From Pristiophorus japonicus (Eukaryota): a stretch of DNA of 64,000 bases. Below the pieces are notes generated by a model that was not told where the DNA came from, did not search any database, and saw only the letters and a program-made list of their open reading frames with translations. Of this stretch, positions 60,155 through 64,000 are shown piece by piece. How positions within the stretch are numbered: position 1 is the first letter of the stretch; each line of letters starts with the position of its first letter. The stretch lies in NCBI RefSeq assembly GCF_044704955.1, contig NC_091999.1, forward strand, positions 46,500,001-46,564,000. Direction: 5' to 3'. Position numbers and translations under genes: made by a program.

Positions 60155-63100
60155 AAAAACCGGAGTCCCTGACGATTACGTGTGCGGGAAGTGTATCCGC
60201 CTCCAGCTCCTGACAGACCGTGTTGCGGAGTTGGAGCTGAGGGTGGATTCACTCTGGAGCATCCACGATGCTGAGAATGACGTGAGTATCACGTGTAGCG
60301 AGTTGGTCGTACCACAGGGAAAGGGTCCACTGCCAGATAGGGAATGGAAGACCAACAGGAAGAGCAGTGCAAGGAAGGTAGTGCAGGAGTCCCCTGTGGT
60401 CATCCCCCTGCAAAACAGATACACTGCTTTGGGTACTGTTGAGGGGGATGACTCATCAGGGGAGGGCAGCAGCAGCCAAGTTCATGGCACCGTGGCTGGC
60501 TCTGCTGCACAGGAGGGCAGGAAAAAGAGTGGGAGAGCAATAGTGATTGGGGATTCAATGGTGAGGGGAATAGATAGGCGTTTCTGCGGCCGCAACCGAG
60601 ACTCCAGGATGGTATGTTGCCTCCCTGGTGCAAGGGTCAAGGATGTCTCGGAGCGGGTGCAGGACATTCTAAAAAGGGAGGGAGAACAGCCAGTTGTCGT
60701 GGTGCACATTGGTACCAACGACATAGGTAAAAAGAGGAATGAGGTCCTACGAAACGAATTTAAGGAGCTAGGAGCTAAATTAAAAAGTAGGACCTCAAAA
60801 GTAGTAATCTCGGGATTGCTACCAGTGCCACGTGATAGTCAGAGTAGGAATCGCAGGATAGCGCAGATGAATACGTGGCTTGACCAGTGGTGCAACAGGG
60901 AGGGATTCAAATTCCTGGGGCATTGGAACCGGTTCTGGGGGAGGTGGGACCAGTACAAACCGGACGGTCTGCACCTGGGCAGGACCGGAACCAATGTCCT
61001 AGGGGGAGTGTTTGCTAGTGCTGTTGGGGAGGATTTAAACTGATATGGCAGGGGGATGGGAACCAATGCAGGGAGACAGAGGGAAACAAAAAGGAGGCAA
61101 AAGCAAAAGACAGAAAGGAGATGAGGAAAAGTGGAGGGCAGAGAAACCCAAGGCAAAGAACAAAAAGGGCCACTGTACAGCAAAATTCTAAAAGGACAAA
61201 GGGTGTTAAAAGAACAAGCCTGAAGGCTTTGTGTCTTAATGCAAGGAGTATCCGCAATAAAGTGGATGAATTAACTGTGCAAATAGATGTTAACAAATAT
61301 GATGTGATTGGGATTACGGAGACGTGGCTCCAGGATGATCAGGGCTGGGAACTCAACATCCAGGGGTATTCAACATTCAGGAAAGATAGAATAAAAGGAA
61401 AAGGAGGTGGGGTAGCATTGCTGGTTAAGGAGCAAATTAAGGCAATAGTTCGGAAGGACATTAGCTTGGATGATGTGGAATCTATATGGGTAGAGCTGCA
61501 GAATACCAAAGGACAAAAAACGTTAGTGGGAGTTGTGTACAGACCTCCAAACAGTAGTAGTGATGTTGGGGAGGGCATCAAACATGAAATTAGGGGTGCG
61601 TGCAACAAAGGTGCAGCAGTTATAATGGGTGACTTTAATATGCACATAGATTGGGTTAACCAAACTGGAAGCAATACGGTAGAGGAGGATTTCCTGGAGT
61701 GCATAAGGGATGGTTTTTTAGACCAATATGTCGAGGAACCAACTAGGGGGGAGGCCATCTTAGACTGGGTGTTGTGTAATGAGAGAGGATTAATTAGCAA
61801 TCTCGTTGTGCGAGGCCCCTTGGGGAAGAGTGACCATAATATGGTGGAATTCTGCATTAGGATGGAGAATGAAACAGTTAATTCAGAGACCATGGTCCAG
61901 AACTTAAAGAAGGGTAACTTTGAAGGTATGAGGCGTGAATTGGCTAGGATAGATTGGCGAATGATACTGAAGGGGTTGACTGTGGATGGGCAATGGCAGA
62001 CATTTAGAGACCGCATGGATGAACTACAACAATTGTACATTCCTGTCTGTCGTAAAAATAAAAAAGGGAAGGTGGCTCAACCGTGGCTATCAAGGGAAAT
62101 CAGGGATAGCATTAAAGCCAAGGAAGTGGCATACAAATTGGCCAGAAATAGCAGAGAACCTGGGGACTGGGAGAAATTTAGAACTCAGCAGAGGAGGACA
62201 AAGGGTTTAATTAGGGCAGGGAAAATGGAGTCCGAGAAGAAGCTTGCAGGGAACATTAAGACGGATTGCAAAAGTTTCTATAGATATGTAAAGAGAAAAA
62301 GGTTAGTAAAGACAAACGTAGGTCCCCTGCAGTCAGAATCAGGGGAAGTCATAACGGGGAACAAAGAAATGGCGGACCAATTGAACAAGTACTTTGGTTC
62401 GGTATTCACTGAGGAGGACACAAACAAACTTCCGGATATAAAAGGGGTCGGAGGGTCTAGTAAGGAGGAGGAACTGAGGGAAATCCTTATTAGTCGGGAA
62501 ATTGTGTTGGGGAAATTGATGGGATTGAAGGCCGATAAATCCCCAGGGCCTGATGGACTGCATCCCAGAGTACTTAAGGAGGTGGCCTTGGAAATAGTGG
62601 ATGCATTGACAGTCATTTTCCAACATTCCATTGACTCGGGATCAGTTCCTATGGAGTGGAGGGTAGCCAATGTAACCCCACTTTTTAAAAAAGGAGGGAG
62701 AGAGAAAACAGGGAATTACAGACCGGTCAGCCTGACATCGGTAGTGGGTAAAAAGATGGAATCAATTATTAAGGATGTGATCGCAGTGCATTTGGAAAGA
62801 GGTAATATGATAGGTCCAAGTCAGCATGGATTTGTGAAAGGGAAATCATGCTTAACAAATCTTCTGGAATTTTTTGAGGATGTTTCCAGTAGAGTGGACA
62901 AGGGAGAACCAGTTGATGTGGTATATTTGGACTTTCAGAAGGCTTTCGACAAGGTCCCACACAAGAGATTAATGTGCAAAGTTAAAGCACATGGGTTTGG
63001 GGGTAGTGTGCTGACATGGATTGAGAACTGGTTGTCAGACAGGAAGCAAAGAATAGGAGTAAATGGGGACTTTTCAGAATGGCAGGCAGTGACTAGTGGG

Positions 63101-64000
63101 GTACCGCAAGGTTCTGTGCTGGGGCCCCAGCTGTTTACACTGTACATTAATGATTTAGACGAGGGGATTAAATGCAGTATCTCCAAATTTGCGGATGACT
63201 CTAAGTTGGGTGGCAGTGTGAGCTGCAAGGAGGATTCTATGAGGCTGCAGAGCGACTTGGATAGGTTAGGTGAGTGGGCAAATGCATGGCAGATGAAGTA
63301 TAATGTGGATAAATGTGAGGTTATCCACTTTGGTGGTAAAAACAGAGAGACAGACTATTATCTGAATGGTGACAGATTAGGAAAAGGGCAGGTGCAAAGA
63401 GACCTGGGTGTCATGGTACATCAGTCATTGAAGGTTGGCATGCAGGTACAGCAGGCGGTTAAGAAAGCAAATGGCATGTTGGCCTTCATAGCGAGGGGAT
63501 TTGAGTACAAGGGCAGGGAGGTGTTGCTGCAATTGTACAGGGCCTTGGTGAGGCCACACCTGGAGTATTGTGTACAGTTTTGGTCTCCTAACCTGAGGAA
63601 GGACATTCTTGCTATTGAGGGAGTGCAGCGAAGGTTCACCAGACTGATTCCCGGGATGGCGGGACTGACCTATCAAGAAAGACTGGATCAACTGGGCTTA
63701 TATTCACTGGAGTTCAGAAGAATGAGAGGGGACCTCATACAAACCTTTAAAATTCTGACGGGGTTAGACAGGTTAGATGCAGGAAGAATGTTGCCAATGT
63801 TGGGGAAGTCCAGAACCAGGGGACACAGTCTAAGGATAAGGGGGAAGCCATTTAGGACCGAGATGAGGAGGAATTTCTTCACCCAGAGAGTGGTGAACCT
63901 GTGGAATTCTCTACCACAGAAAGTTGTTGAGGCCAATTCATTAAATATATTCAAAAAGGAGTTAGATGAAGTCCTTACTACTAGGGGAATCAAAGGGTAT
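60155..64000 (+). mobile_element. Young CR1 LINE: ORF1 (zinc-finger/leucine-zipper plus esterase; 5'-clipped) and ORF2 apparently open to the window end
   Basis: ORF1 60180-61043; ORF2 starts ~61229 (LCLNARSIRNK) and no stop-terminated + ORF is listed in that frame; near-identical to the copies at 1-2259 and 32468-36292. Confidence 0.95.

Noticed and set aside
2284-64000. Additional Ig V/D/J/C exons or recombination signal sequences
   Set aside because: No Ig-domain Cys/Trp pattern or heptamer-nonamer pair recognised; the cactgtg instances in the 22-bp array lack nonamers

Overview
Eukaryotic, repeat-dense DNA, almost certainly from a cartilaginous fish (shark-type CR1 LINEs, Deu-domain SINEs, shark-type IgH TM exon). 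It is not prokaryotic and has no CRISPR array. The host-gene content is (i) the two membrane exons (TM1 2456-2583, TM2 2724-2732) and polyA signal of an immunoglobulin heavy-chain gene, which the ORF track missed and which ends in KLK rather than the canonical KVK, and (ii) three paralogous C2H2 zinc-finger exons with no visible KRAB domain (20.4-21.3k -, 30.35-30.87k +, 42.3-43.1k -). These share a 5' leader of dead zinc fingers, and each is damaged in a different way; related CCAAT/GC-box promoter modules and several minisatellite families accompany them. Mobile DNA includes a decayed ERV-L/ERV-S-like (class III) provirus with an env remnant and mismatched flanks (6447-12829), a Gypsy element truncated exactly at that ERV's 3' LTR, an older direct-repeat-bounded segment with a decayed envelope-like glycoprotein (36.9-41.5k), four long CR1 copies (one with tandem 5' monomers, one with ORF2 apparently open to the window end), and many CR1/L2/RTE/SINE fragments. 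All family assignments come from manual motif recognition and translation; no database searches were run, and identity figures are by-eye estimates.
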